Assembly (NCBI GenBank): GCA_030704615.1
Contig: CM060733.1
Span: 66,650,001 to 66,714,000, forward strand
Reading direction: 5' to 3'
Length of the DNA stretch: 64,000 nucleotides
DNA from: Takakia lepidozioides
Lineage: Eukaryota; Plantae; Bryophyta
Part shown: positions 26,880 to 39,280 of the stretch, in pieces
Layout: each line of letters starts with the position of its first letter
How positions within the stretch are numbered: position 1 is the stretch's first letter
Position numbers and translations under genes: made by a program
Notes under the pieces: model-generated
What the model was told of the DNA's origin: nothing
Databases searched by the model: none
Seen by the model: only the letters and a program-made list of their open reading frames with translations

Positions 26880-27890
26880 TCAGATCGACATCTAGTACAA
26901 TTCCACCACGAACCTCTTTGCTATTTTGCAAGGCTGCCAGGCTTGCACACATGTTGCAAATGTAACAAACGTGATGTGGTTGCGCTGCAGTATCCCTTCC
27001 CACACCACTTGCTCATAGACCTCTCCAAAGGGCCTCCATCCCGTGCCGCTGTTGTGCATATCCTGGGATCATCATCCTCCATGCACCCCAATTTGGCATA
27101 CAAGTCCACAAGGGCATAGTTCAGAACAACATTTGTTTAATTCCAGCTTGGACGATCAACATCACAAACCCCGTCTTCACTCATTGCCTACTCTAGGTAA
27201 GTGCAATTATGGGCTAGGCTGGTACCACATCTCATTCAGCCATATTATCAAAACAACCATGTATCCTTGTAGTTGCACCCTGCAACCTTGGCATACATAT
27301 CCACTACGGCAACGTTCAGAATCACATCAAATACAATACCAGCTTTGACAATATCACCGTGGACCTCTGTACCCTTTTTCAGGGCTGCCAGGCGTGCATT
27401 TGACATACATATCCACCAAGGCAGTGTTTAGAGTGACATCTAGTGGTACAATTCCAGATTTGATAATGGACCTTTGCGTCCTTTCCAGGGCTACCAGGCT
27501 CGCATTTGACATACATGTACACCAGGGGAATGTTCAAAATGACATCAGGTACAATTCCAGCTTTGATGATGTCACCATGAACCTCTTGGCCCCTTCCCAG
27601 GGCTGCTAGGCTCGCATATGCATATTAACAAACACAAATGAACATGACCTGGTTTGGCTTCATCCTTTCCCACATCATTTGTTCTTAGGTTTCCAAAGCC
27701 TTACTCCCACACCTATGCTACACACACCTTACAATCATGGCAGTCCACAACACCACATCTCATTTAGCCATGTTGTCGAACTCTCCCTTTGCATCAGGCT
27801 TGCTGCACCCACATTTGGCATACATGTCCACTAGGGCAGTGGTCAGAAAATGACAACTAGTACAGTTTCAGCTTTGACGATGGCACATGG
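26880..27890 (-). pseudogene. Captured PLS-class PPR gene fragments inside the CACTA element
   Basis: TALVDMYAKCG (~27840-27810), AVVDMYAKV (~27310), ALVDLYAKLGCMED (~27115) and DVVLWTAMI, all with stops and frameshifts. Confidence 0.8.
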
Positions 27891-28349
27891 CCAAGAGATA
27901 TCCCAATATCCCTCTACCAATGGGTTCAATGCATACTCTTGTCACATTGGCAATATCATGTCAAAGTCACTCCAACTAGATTCACTCAACCAGCTAACTT
28001 GCAGAATTGAACATGAAAATTTAGGGCCGATTCTGATAAGAGGGGAAAATAGGGTGAAATGTGTTTCAGAAGGTGCCTTCATTAGCAGTGCTTGATTGTA
28101 TCAATTGTGCTGCTGCTGCTGCGGCTTCCAATTGACCATCTACCCATGCAGGTTTCTTGTATCTATCCTTCCACAAGGAATCATAGATAATCTGGAGCTT
28201 GAAATCTGGCCCTCTTCCACACTCTATCCCTACTCCTTCAGCTATCTATGCCTCTGCACAAAATCATGCATACAACAATCATTCCAGCAAACACCCCCAA
28301 CCCTACTTATCAATGAGCAACAAGCTAACTTACATAATTCAATATGCAT

Positions 28350-29262
28350 CTCAAGGCCGAGTCTGATGAGAGGGCAAAACAGGCTGAAATAGGTCGAAGA
28401 AGAACCCATAGAGGATTTGACCGACCATCAACCCAAAAGGACCTCTTGTGTGTGCTGCTTGTGTCTTGTAGTCAGGTAATGTCGGATTGGTCTGTGAGAA
28501 CCAGCACGGTGCAGATGAGCAGGCAGAGATTGAAACACGGCCTGCTAAGACCAAGCTGACTCTCCCAAGAACCTTGAAACATCAGGAAGAATACCAAATC
28601 ATGGTACTAACAGGAGCCAACAGCCCACATTTGCAGGATGGACAAACTTCTTCACATCGTACATTAAGGAAAAGCCACACCTTGCCATTGCGGTTGTCGC
28701 ACCATCGTGAAGGATCTTTAAAAATCTCATGCCAACTCTGCTCCGTGCTGCAAATGAAGGGCCGAGTCTGATGAGAGGGCAAAACAGGCTGAAATAGGTC
28801 GAAGAAGAAGGTGCCCTCACCACATTGTCCTCGACCTTGTGTCATGGCCCATGGAGGATTTGACTGACCATGAACCCAAGAGGACCTCTTCAGTGTGCTG
28901 CTTGTTTCTGTAGTCAGGTAATGTTGGATTGGTCAGTGAGAACCACCACGGTGCAGCTGAGTGGGCAGAGATTGAAACACGGCCTGCTAAGACCAAGCTA
29001 ACTCTCCCAAGAACCTTGTAAACATCAGGAAGAATACCAAATCATGGTACTAACAGGAGCCAACAACCCACATTTGCAGGATGGACAAACTTCTTCACAT
29101 CGTACATTAAGAAAAAGCCACACCTTGCGATTGCGGTTGTCCCACCATCGTGAAGGATCTTTTAGAAACTCATGCCAGCTCTGCTCCGTGCTGTAAAATC
29201 AGGGCCGAGCGGGTAGAGATTGAAACACGGCCTGCTAAGACGAAGCTGACTCTCCCAAGAAC
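28350..29262. repeat. ~410-bp tandem duplication (2+ copies) within the CACTA element; further duplicated blocks at 25800-26860 and 27940-28300
   Basis: ggccgagtctgatgagagggcaaaacaggctgaaataggtcgaagaagaa at 28355 and 28760; gagattgaaacacggcctgctaagac at ~28527, ~28968 and ~29216. Confidence 0.85.
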
Positions 29263-31505
29263 GGCGGGCTCCCAGCCGAAACCTCCTCGCACACATACCG
29301 TAGCGTTTCTAGGGTTGCTTGCTCCAAATGCGAAGGTTGATCCAACTGCGGGCCTCCCATGCATGTTTGCCCTCTCTCCCGCTCGCTCGCTCTAAGTCCC
29401 AACCCTCTCTCTCTCTCCCTCCCGCTCGCTCTAAGTCTGTTCACGCTACCGTGATGGGCAACTTTTTAAGTTTTTTAACCTTTTTGTAAACCCTAAAAGC
29501 CCCTCTTTGATTTTTTTTTTTTTTTTTCTTTTCTTAAAGGAAACCACAGGTCCTTGAGGAGGGGGGAAAATTCACCCGCCTTCATTTATGGGCCATAAGA
29601 CGTACAGGACGATCAACGCCCAGACATACTGTCACGAACAATCCCACACACGGGATAAGGCAAACGGGTTTGAACCCCAAACCACCAGGGCGACACACTA
29701 TGCACTTACCAGCCGATGTGTTTTTTTTTTTTTTAAATTGCATTTTTTTTATAAAAAAATTGATTCTAGTGGTCAGAGTCTTTTTCAAAATATAAATACT
29801 CATATATTATATATATAACCAGAAAAGCATGTGTTGACATGTGCAGTCATGTAGTGATTCATCCATGTGATGATCTGGCAGAATGCATTAGAGTGAGAGT
29901 CATGAAGTCATATGTCTTTCTAGCAATATACACACGTCATTCTAGTGTAGCCATGACCGTGACTGGTAGTCATATCTGCCATGCCAATATTCGTGGTCAA
30001 ACATGTTTGACCTGTGTTCCGCAGAGTCCGGAGCCATGCAGTCGCATATACGCCTTCCCCAGACCTGCATTATGACTTCAAAAGCATTTTACGACTGCAA
30101 ATGGCATTTCTGCCACAAATCTGTCATGACTGCGCACCCATGGGAGTCGTAAAAGCCGCAATCTGTTGTAGTGACTGATGGACCAGTCTGTCTGGAAATG
30201 TTGCACCTACTTCCGTTTGGGGTTCTCCCACTAGTCTGCCTGCCACAAGACGCTTCCCTTTTTTCTTCAGATATGTGCAGTCCAGACGGATGGCCTCAAG
30301 TATTGGCAAAGCTGAACAAAATTGGTTGAATGTCATGCGTGATGACGATGCGGACTACATACTTGAGGAGGTAATGCTATCGAACCATTCCGACTGCATT
30401 TTTTTTATACTTCTGGTCATGCCGACAGACCTTTTTCCATGTGTAGTCGCTCAGTCTGCTGAACTTTTAGAGATTTCAACAGACTGTATACTGCGATAGT
30501 TTGGTTTGCTAGTCAGTCTGCTGAAGTCTTCTAAGTCTTTGGAGTCTGCTGAATGTTATGGTCTGCTGAGTGTTGTTGGATCCGGTCTGCCCAATCAATC
30601 CGGGCTGTTCTGTTGAGGTTCATGTGTGTTTTGCTGTACAGCAGACTGCTCCTGTTCGACAGTCTATTCGCAAAGCCATATCAGCTTGGCGGACGCAGAG
30701 CCACGACCCTCCTTTGCAAGTGAGTGAGGTGCGGATTGAAGTGCAACGGGTTCGCGAGTACATTTTGATCAAATATTCCGGGTCAGAAGCCGCCATAGAT
30801 GAACTTGACACGGAGTCTGCCCCATCAGCAGGCCGTCTCCAGCAGACCCCTGACTTCATCACTCCTCAGCAGACCACAGTAGACCATGGCAGACCTCAGC
30901 ACACCTCAGCAGACCTGCAACCTCAGACTGGGCCAATTCAAGAGGTTGAAGAGTGGGCATGTTGACACAAGTGCCCATCTGGACTGGTATAGTGACCTGT
31001 ACCACATTGTAATAGACCGGAGGTGGCCCTTTGTCCCTTTTCTCTATTCCATGGAGTATACTACCGAAGAAGCTAACCAAGTTCTGGAGCAAGCAGGGAA
31101 GCTTGCTGTTACTGCTTTGAGCGATGGAAATGAACCGCCACTCCTTTTTTAGCTCATCCTTATGGATGACCCGTGCCCGGAGGAGGTGCGGCATATGGCT
31201 ATGGCACACCCAACGTTCGGGGTCCGCAAGAAGCACTTGTCCGCAGTGAGTGCGGGCCACTTTGACCGAATGACATCAACATTCCTACAGCATCGATGGA
31301 TGCAATTCGGAAATTTCACATCATACAAGAAGTTGCTGAAGGACTTGCCCACTCTTCGGCAAGATTTCCTAAATGGATCACAAGCACAAGAGTCTGTTAT
31401 AGATGAGGCCTTGTTATGGTTCTCGTATGTAATAGAGCAAACTGTGTTTGACATTGTCTTGCGGAAACCAGACGTGTTCAGAGTTCTATGGTCTGGAACG
31501 CCGCA

Positions 31506-32674
31506 TCACGACCGAGAAGCTCCGTGGTCGTTCTCCATGGAAACGTAAAACGCGGCAGACCCCATTCGATATCCCTCTCGGAAAGAGAATTTCAGCTTGT
31601 CGATATCGCCTGGGAGGGCAGGTCTCACCACCTGCAATGAAACCAAGCGGCAAAGGGGAATCCGAAGCTTGGCCGGGTACACCATGCCCCCCAGGACCCT
31701 GCCAATGTTGCTGTGGGTTGCCTCCAACATCTTGGCAGCGGCCAACTTCATATCCGCCTCCGACATGACGTCGGTTGCAGGGGGGTTCTCCGGCAGCCCA
31801 CCCGGACCGCCAAATCCAGCCTGTATGCTGCGGGTTTGGGGCCTGGGGATGTCCGGGAGGATGTCATCCTGGTCAGAAAGCTCCCTCTCGTCGTCCTCAA
31901 CATGGTCATCCTCCGGCGGAAGCACCTGGAGCACTCTCTCCGTCTCTACTGCCCTCTCCCCGGCTTCACCTCGAACTTGCACAATCTGTGCTCTTTGTGG
32001 TGTTCTTTCATCTCCTCCAGTCTCCACCGTATGCGTAATTGCGGGGGCTGCTCCTGCCCGCGATGGTGTAACCGGTGTGTTACTGCCTCTTTGTGGTGTC
32101 TTGGAGGGATCCACTGTCTCTGTGCGTCCCTTGCTTACATGGGCATCTGTCATTTCGACACCCCTGGCCTCTTCAATGGCCTTTTCTCTTGCCTCCTGGC
32201 TAGCCTTCTGTCTCGTCTGTTCTTTTGCCCTCTCTTTTGCCCTCTCACGGGCCTTCTGTTTCTTACTAGGGGTAGCAGCAGGGGAGGCCTCCAGGACGAC
32301 CACCTTTGATTGAGGCGAACTGACACCCTCGCGCGCCCTGCTCACTCCCCCCTCCGCAGCCCGTGACGGCTCTCTCACCGGGGATTGCATGTGCTTGGCT
32401 TTCTTCTTCTTCTTTGCGTGGGCGGGCCCTACTGCATGTGCATCAACATCCTCCATTGCCGGATCTGCTGTCCTCATCCGACGCCCTCACCTGCCATGCC
32501 GCCTGCACCAACCTCCCCAATGCCTATTCTGTCGTACTCTCGCTGCAGGTCCTCCCGTCCACCAACGAAAGGTTTTAGTTTGCCCTCTCGCCCCAAGTTG
32601 GGCGATCCAAACATGCGATGAGTAACGGCTTTTGGAGTCACTGCTTGAGCAGTTGGAGCTGTCGATGATACCAC
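31506..32674 (-). pseudogene. Truncated gene with low-complexity N-terminus and the start of a ParB/Srx-like domain
   Basis: LRIPLCRLVSLQVVRPALPGDIDKLKFSFREGY...FYVS resembles the ParB N-terminal 'IPl..l.....R....i..L..Sf...Gy' pattern. It is cut off at ~31510 before the expected DG.HR motif, with a frameshift at ~32475. Confidence 0.5.
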
Positions 32675-33010
32675 CAGCGTGTCGGGCTTGTCGTCACTTT
32701 GTCATCCCCAAAAATCGTGAGAACCAACATCGGAATGAAAACCACCATCGCAACGAGCAGCGCAACCACCATCGCAACAATCGTGGAACAACAATGAAAA
32801 CAAAACAAAACCAAGTATGGAGTGGCATGGAACAACAAAGAAAAACAAATCCAACCAATGCCTAAGAATGACATGCACAAGCAGCCTTCTCCAGAGCTGC
32901 CGGCTTTGCACACGCATTGCAAACTATCTAAGGTTCACTCAACCAGTAACTTGCAGAAATCAACATGAAACACGATGAACAAATGAACACAAATTCCATA
33001 AGACGGGAAC

Positions 33011-33131
33011 TGAGACGCATCGTGCAGTCTCATCCCTCTCCACATATAGGTAACGCCTTACCCGTACACCTGCCTGTAGTACAGCAGCCAATCCGGTGCT
33101 GATCCCGCCAAACAAGTCCAGAAGGCAAATG
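33011..33131 (-). pseudogene. C5 cytosine DNA methyltransferase motif I-II fragment (DNMT3-like)
   Basis: ICLLDLFGGISTGLAAVLQAGVRVRRYLYVERDETARCVS aligns without gaps to the DNMT3 pattern [31 protein letters not shown] (recalled from memory). Confidence 0.8.
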
Positions 33132-36100
33132 CCTTCATCTGGATACTGCCACAGAATAGGTGTGGTATCCAATGGTGACAACTGAGGTGGTCTTGGTGCA
33201 ATACCCGCACTCTCCTCCTCTCCTGACGGTACAAAAGCCTCTACCTAGGCTTGTTGCACACGCCAATCAGCAACCTGCTGCAAATCCTTGCTCGTGCCCC
33301 ACAATGGAGTCTGAGCAACCATGGCAGGCAACTCCGCCGTACCATGCATGTCATCTTGCTCTGCTGGAGATGGCACATCCTCTGCATAGGCATTGCCCTC
33401 CAGCAACTCTCCAGGCCAAGTCACTGCAGTTGTGAATGTTGCCAGTGTCGGCATCTTGCCCCGTTGGGCAACCGCAATTCCTCCTATGAACGTCACAGGG
33501 AGTTGCACACGCCGGCCCTCCCCTGACTGCCATCCAGGCCTATAGGAAGCTCTCCTCCTCCCAAAAATCCAGGGTGAAGCCCATGGGGTACAACATTGCC
33601 CCACCAACCAGGACATCGTACGAGACCGCGTCTGTCACAATGGCCTTGGCTCGCATCACTGAGCCATCTATAGGGTGATCCGGCCGTAGTCTGATAGCCA
33701 ACTCACGCCGTGTCATGCCCCAAGCCTGCTCCAATCCTCCCAGAGACGTCTGTATCTGGTAAGGACAAGGCTCCATATCCGCCTCCGTGAGGCCCAAGCC
33801 TGCAACAGCAGCTTTGCCCAGCATCAATGGCTGAGCTCCCGAGTCTAACAAGACCCGCAGTGGCCGGTACCTCTTGCCTGCCGGTCCACTCAAACAGAAA
33901 ATACCATCCTGGTTATCTAACAAGACAACTCCGGGTGTCACCATGGCGCGCTCAATGGCTGGCCTAGCTGGCAGCTCCATCAACCTGACAGCTGCAGCTT
34001 GCCATGGCGCCGCCGTGGCAAATTTGGTCCACACTCTATTCATGATACAGAAGATGGGCCAAATGCCACTGGTCATCTTCAAAAACCTTATCAGTGCTGA
34101 GGCTTACAAGAAGTGCGAGACCTCCAAATCCACTAACACATGGGACAAGTTGACCAGGGAAGCTTTCTGTGACTACATGTACATTGTAAATATTCCTTCC
34201 CTAGCTCTGTCTACTTGTTCTTTTAAAAAACCAGTTGACTAATACATTGTATACTGGAATGTTGAGCAAGAGATTGCGGAGGCTGGAGAGAAAGGGAAAG
34301 TAGAGTACTATGCCAAAAAAGACCCAGGGGAGCGATCCTCAAAAGGAGTGGAAGAATCTATGAACAAAGAGATGGAGGTGGCGAAGAGGCACTACATGAG
34401 CGTGTTCGTAAAACAACTCAGAATAGCCGACCCTGCTTTTGGCCCAGAGTTCTTGAATCAGGTCAGGATCCACTAGAACATGAACACCAAGCCCGAAATG
34501 ATGCAGGAGAAGCTTCATCGTCTGTCCACTGCCGTTGTGGAGCCAGAGGTGAAAGTGAAATGGCTTGAGATTTGGAACGCCGACTCGACAGTGAAAGATA
34601 ACCACTGCTTTCCGAAGAATGAGAAGAACAAGGAAACATGAGTCATAAAGCAATTCGGTGACCATGTTCTCGATATGTGGCTGCACAAAGCCACGTACTG
34701 GGCACATGTTTTTTCCTCTCGCCTTTCCATTTCCACTGCAAAACTGCATTGCACCGGGAAAAGTCACTTACTGTTCTTAAAAAATTGTTCTCTGAATTGT
34801 AAAATTGTTCTCGCGCAGATAGAGGCTCGGGCACAGCTGGTGCTGGAGAAGCAGCTGAACGATTACAAGATAACTATGACTCCACCGACGGATACTCTAG
34901 AAGACTATATCCGCCAGTGGAAAGCAGCTTGCTTCGGCACTTGCTTCTTCATGGAGTTGGCCAAAGAGGGAGGCATCTCGCGCACTAACGACCTCAAATC
35001 CGAGGATCCCTCCGGCACTACACCTCCCACTAACCTCCTCACAGAGTGTAGCTGCCAGCCTGAACACCTCAGCTGGTCTTACCCCCGGCGTCGCAATCAT
35101 GGTAGCCGAGAACAATGGAGCCTAGCACACAGATGTGGCCGCTCCTAACAGCACACTAGCTGCCGTAGCCTTGGCAACACTAGGTAGTGGTGCTACCCGT
35201 GTAGCTCTCCCTAATGGCATAGTAACCTCCGCCTCAGTAACAGTCGGGCGAGAACTAGGTGCCATGGATGGCGTCGACACTGTCTCCGCCAATGTGAATG
35301 ACTGAGGAAGCCTAGCCTGACGGCTTGCCTCCCCATGCTGTGGATCCAACTCCACCTCTGCACCTCGTGGCTCAGGAACTCGTGCTGCTCCTTGAGTCAC
35401 GGCTGCAGCAGACTTGACCTGCACTAGTGGTAGTGCTGCTCCGCACATGAATCCCATGCCTCCCATATCTCCTCCCTCAGGAACAGGAGGTGGACCATCC
35501 GGCCTTGGAGCCGGTACCACCTGAGCTGTAGCCATGGCAGCGAGCCTCTGCTCTAGCTGCTGAAACCGGTTGGCCATGCCTTGGTCACCACCCTGACCCC
35601 CGCATCCTTGGCCATGTTGAGCTTGTCCTTGGCCTGCACCTCGTGCCTGGCCACCTCGTCCTCTCTGGGCTGCTCCACCTTGCCCACGGCCACCATTGTT
35701 CCCTTGGAACTGGCCTGGGCGTAACTCAGGATGCAAACCATAACACTGGGTCTCTTCATGCCCGTGTTTGCCACAATGCCCACACTGCAACTGTGCAGGC
35801 TCTGCATATGCTAGCCCTTTGCCTCCCTCTGGGCAATCCTTCTTGACATGGGGTCCTCCACATGTCCAACACACCACATCTGCCCGTTGTTGGCCTGCAA
35901 ATGAAGGGAGAGACCCCTACATCTGAGGTCCTCTCTGTCCTTCCCTTGGCTTCACCTGGACCCCCTTGTTGCCTTGAGCACGTTGAGGTAGTGTCTGGCT
36001 AAGAGCATCACTACCCCATGGTGTCTCCTTAGCAAATCCCACCATGACCACTCGTTCCTCCACCATGTTGAGCTCTATCTGCTCTACCAGCAAAAACACA

Positions 36101-36800
36101 TTTGCTAAGGTGGGTTGGGCCGCTTGTAGGAGAGTTGCATCCCGCACCCTTCTCCTCAGCTCCTTGTCCAATATCCCATACCAGAATTTGACTGCCTGAG
36201 CTTCCGTAACCCCTTGGGTTACATTTATCAAGCGCCTCATGCGAGTGAAAGCCTCCCTCAAGCTCTCAGTCGGCTTCCGTTGGAACTCTTGCAAGCTCCG
36301 CAACTTCTCTGTCCTCACCCCTTGGTAGTTCCCTCTTAACTCTTCGAAGAACTCCACAACAAGGTTGAAGGCAGGCACCGCCACTGGTGCTGGTGCAGCA
36401 GTAGCTTGGGTGGACATCATAGTTATGGTATCACCAGTCCCACTGCTGCTTGCTGAAGCTGCCGGTGTAGCCACTGCCCTTGTGGCTCTAGTGCCCCTAG
36501 TGATGGAGACATAGTCGGGTGACCAGTACATCCTCCACTCCTCGATCTCAACCTCATGCCCCCACCTGAACTCATGGTAATCATCCATAGGCGGCCCCTC
36601 AAGGTGCTGAAACAGCCCCTTCCATGCCATGAAAGGCGTAAATAGTTGTGGATTGCGCATTTGCTGCAAATCACACCAACTATCAAACTCTTGGATAAAA
36701 TCATCCAACTCAATGGTGCCCACCGCCCCAGAGTACCTTCATGGCCCCTTGGTAGCTCCATACATCTCCTCCATTGTGTCCCACAACAATGGCAAGGAAA
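33011..36800 (-). mobile_element. Decayed LTR-retrotransposon polyprotein: Gag - two Zn knuckles - aspartic protease - DNMT3-like C5 methyltransferase (N-terminal part only)
   Basis: Retrotrans_gag-like 35917-36723 (LQEFQRKPTESLREAFTRMRRL); CWTCGGPHVKKDC and CGHCGKHGHEETQC knuckles; protease VLLDSGAQ...YDVLVGG (33540-33900); MTase motif I at 33131-33011. No RT, RNase H, integrase or LTR seen. Confidence 0.85.
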
Positions 36801-38082
36801 CAACTTGCACCGCCGGTGTGAGTCTTCCTGATTCACAATCCGAATTAGAACCTTCCGTAGAAGACACAGGAGGTGAGGTGACCTATCCTGTAGCTCCTCC
36901 TTCCTTTATAAGTATATATGTTCTGGTCAGTGTGTTGGTGCTAACATTATGTGAAAAGAAGATCACCACCTATTCCTGGGTCCAGAGATCATGAAGAATA
37001 GGAAAGAGTTGTTCTGTTGTGAGACATAAACATGTTGTTTTTCAAACAGTCACAACCCTGAAATGTCTCAGTTATGTCTCTGGTGGGGATGCAGCTGAAA
37101 CCTTCTGGCTATGGAGTATAGACTCTGTTGCAGATGGGCTAGACAGATGTACGATCAACAATGCTTGTGCTGAAAGTTTCATACTAGGGAAACCATGTGT
37201 ATATCTGAACTCACAGATACAATGTGGCTTCCTTTACAGATTTAGTTTGGTCACATTTGACTTCCTTCCTGCCTACAATACATGGGATATTGAATCAGAC
37301 CTTTATGGAGGCTGAGGGAAGCTTACTTGATTATCAGGTGCCTGTGCACGGCATTGGTAGGAAGGCTTTGCTGCCCTGCCCTATAGTGACTAACTATGAG
37401 CTGAATTTTTTGAACTGTGTCATTCCATTCTTTAGAAGACCCCTCACTGTTAGGCCTGCAAGTTCATTACATGAAATAGTGAATCACATGTAAGGTTGTA
37501 GGGTTTCTTTCTCACATTGTCTCTTTATGGTTGCAGGTGCCTAATTCCAGCTAGCATTGTTAGGGTGGATTACTAGTTAGCAACAAGGGCTCCATTTCTC
37601 CACTTTCTGCATTCTCAAGGTACGTACCCGTTCTTGATAGGGCTTTGCATTGGTAGGTGGGTTGTGCTGCCTTGCCCTGTAGTGATTAACTTTGAGCTGG
37701 ATTTTTTCAGGTCACCATTTTTGCACTACAGTAGTCTATGTCCCCTTGTGTGGCATGATAAAAGTCTAAATGGTAGAGCTATATTGACAACAAAGTGAGT
37801 CCAAGGAACATGTAGACCCTGCTCTTGGCTTCAACTATTTGTGTTGAAGAACAACAAGACAGAAAATTTAGAAGTTGTCCACGTTACAAACAAGCCGTCC
37901 ATTTCCAACCCCAAAGACCTTCCCTTCACTTCCCTATGCCAACTTAACCCTCGATACTTGCATAAACACAAATAGCCATACCTCTCGATCCAACTCCACT
38001 TCTCTGTTCCAAGAAGTCCTCAAACTGCACATACACAATACACATGATTACTTTTCATAAGCTTCAATGGTCATTCCTGTCT

Positions 38083-39280
38083 GAGACTTGGCCACTATGT
38101 TCAATGTGCCATGTAAGAGGCCCAGAGTAATATGAGATCAATCGAAATTCGGTCAATGGGCCAACGGATGGTTGTCCATCCAAATGATTTTTGTTCGCTT
38201 TGAAACTTGGCCAGTGTGTTCAATGTACCCTCTAATACGTCCCAGTGTAATACGAGATAAATCAAAATTCGTTCAATTGTCCAATGAGGCGTTTGTCATC
38301 TGGTTCTTGTTCAATGCGAAAAAGAAATCCTGCATGCGTGCACGGCTATTGCACCCATTGAACGGATGTGGTTGAAGCCCCTCTTTTGCCCGCATGTGCT
38401 TGAACATGTGTGCGACACATGTTCGGAGACACAACAGACGAATAAATCATTTGCCTCCCCATCGACGCGCTCCCCCCCTCAAGCCATTCCACAATTTAAT
38501 TGAATTTAGATTAATTTTGAGCCAATAAATAGGTTTGCACTGCCTTTCATTGGGGGTTGCTGGCACGTATCGATTTTGTTTTTGGCTCAATTTTGTTCTG
38601 CGGCTTCCAACATCCCACCGCTACCCCCCCCGCCAAAATTTGGACCAATAAAAAATGCCCCCAAAAAAAAGTGTTCTCTTCGCTCACTATTGCAGAACTT
38701 TCTATGAATAGTGCATGAAGTAGAACACAAATCAAGTTTGGAGTGCAAAACAGGGAAGAAACTGTGGTTTTGGGTCCAAATGAATTTTTATCGCTCCCAA
38801 ATTTGGCACGCACGTTGCATATGGCTACATTACACGCCCCATTAAAAAATGGAATGAAAAAAAAATCGTGAGCACGCGAAACACAGTCCAACAGGTCCGA
38901 TAGCAATAGCAGATCCAACGAAATACATTCAACGGGTGAACGGATGGTTGCCCATTCAAATCATTTTTGTTTGCTTCCAAACTTTCCCAGTACGTTTGAG
39001 ACACCCTCTCACAAGTCCCGGACTAATATCAGATCAATTGAAATTCATTCAATGGCTCAACGGATGGTTGGCCATCGAAATGATTTTGGTTCGCTTTGAG
39101 ACTTGGCCACTATGTTCAATGTGCCATGTAAGAGGCCCCAGAGTAATATGAGATCAATCGAAATTCGTTCAATGGGCCAACGGATGGTTGCCCATCCAAA
39201 TGAATTTCGTTCGCTTTGAAACTTGGCCAGTGTGTACCCTCTGATACGTCCCAATGTAATACGAGATCAATCGAAATTAT
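38083..39280. repeat. ~120-bp tandem units in two clusters (38083-38280, 38930-39280), likely transposon subterminal repeats
   Basis: gagacttggccactatgttcaatgtgccatgtaagaggccc is identical at ~38083 and ~39098; aacggatggttg recurs about every 120 bp. Confidence 0.8.

Larger units (their letters stand above)
25241..30173. mobile_element. Complete non-autonomous CACTA (En/Spm) element, 4933 bp, carrying captured gene fragments
   Basis: TIRs CACTACAACAAATTGCGGCTTTTACG / CGTAAAAGCCGCAATCTGTTGTAGTG (25/26 match); perfect 3-bp TSD ACT at 25238-25240 and 30174-30176; no transposase ORF. Confidence 0.95.
24394..31505 (+). pseudogene. Disrupted gene of unknown function (probably transposon accessory), split by the CACTA insertion and truncated at ~31505
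   Basis: Coding-like frames at 24394-25240 (CPFCEDAIKDKIQLNRHCVDTGC Zn-finger-like motif; PRKRK/KKKAK NLS-like) and 30177-31505, with frameshifts and stops. Confidence 0.4.

Noticed and set aside
36960-37720. Possible gene (ORFs 37019-37315 and 37224-37493)
   Set aside because: No motif recognised; contains a short internal duplication (~37350 and ~37648) and looks like decayed fragments.
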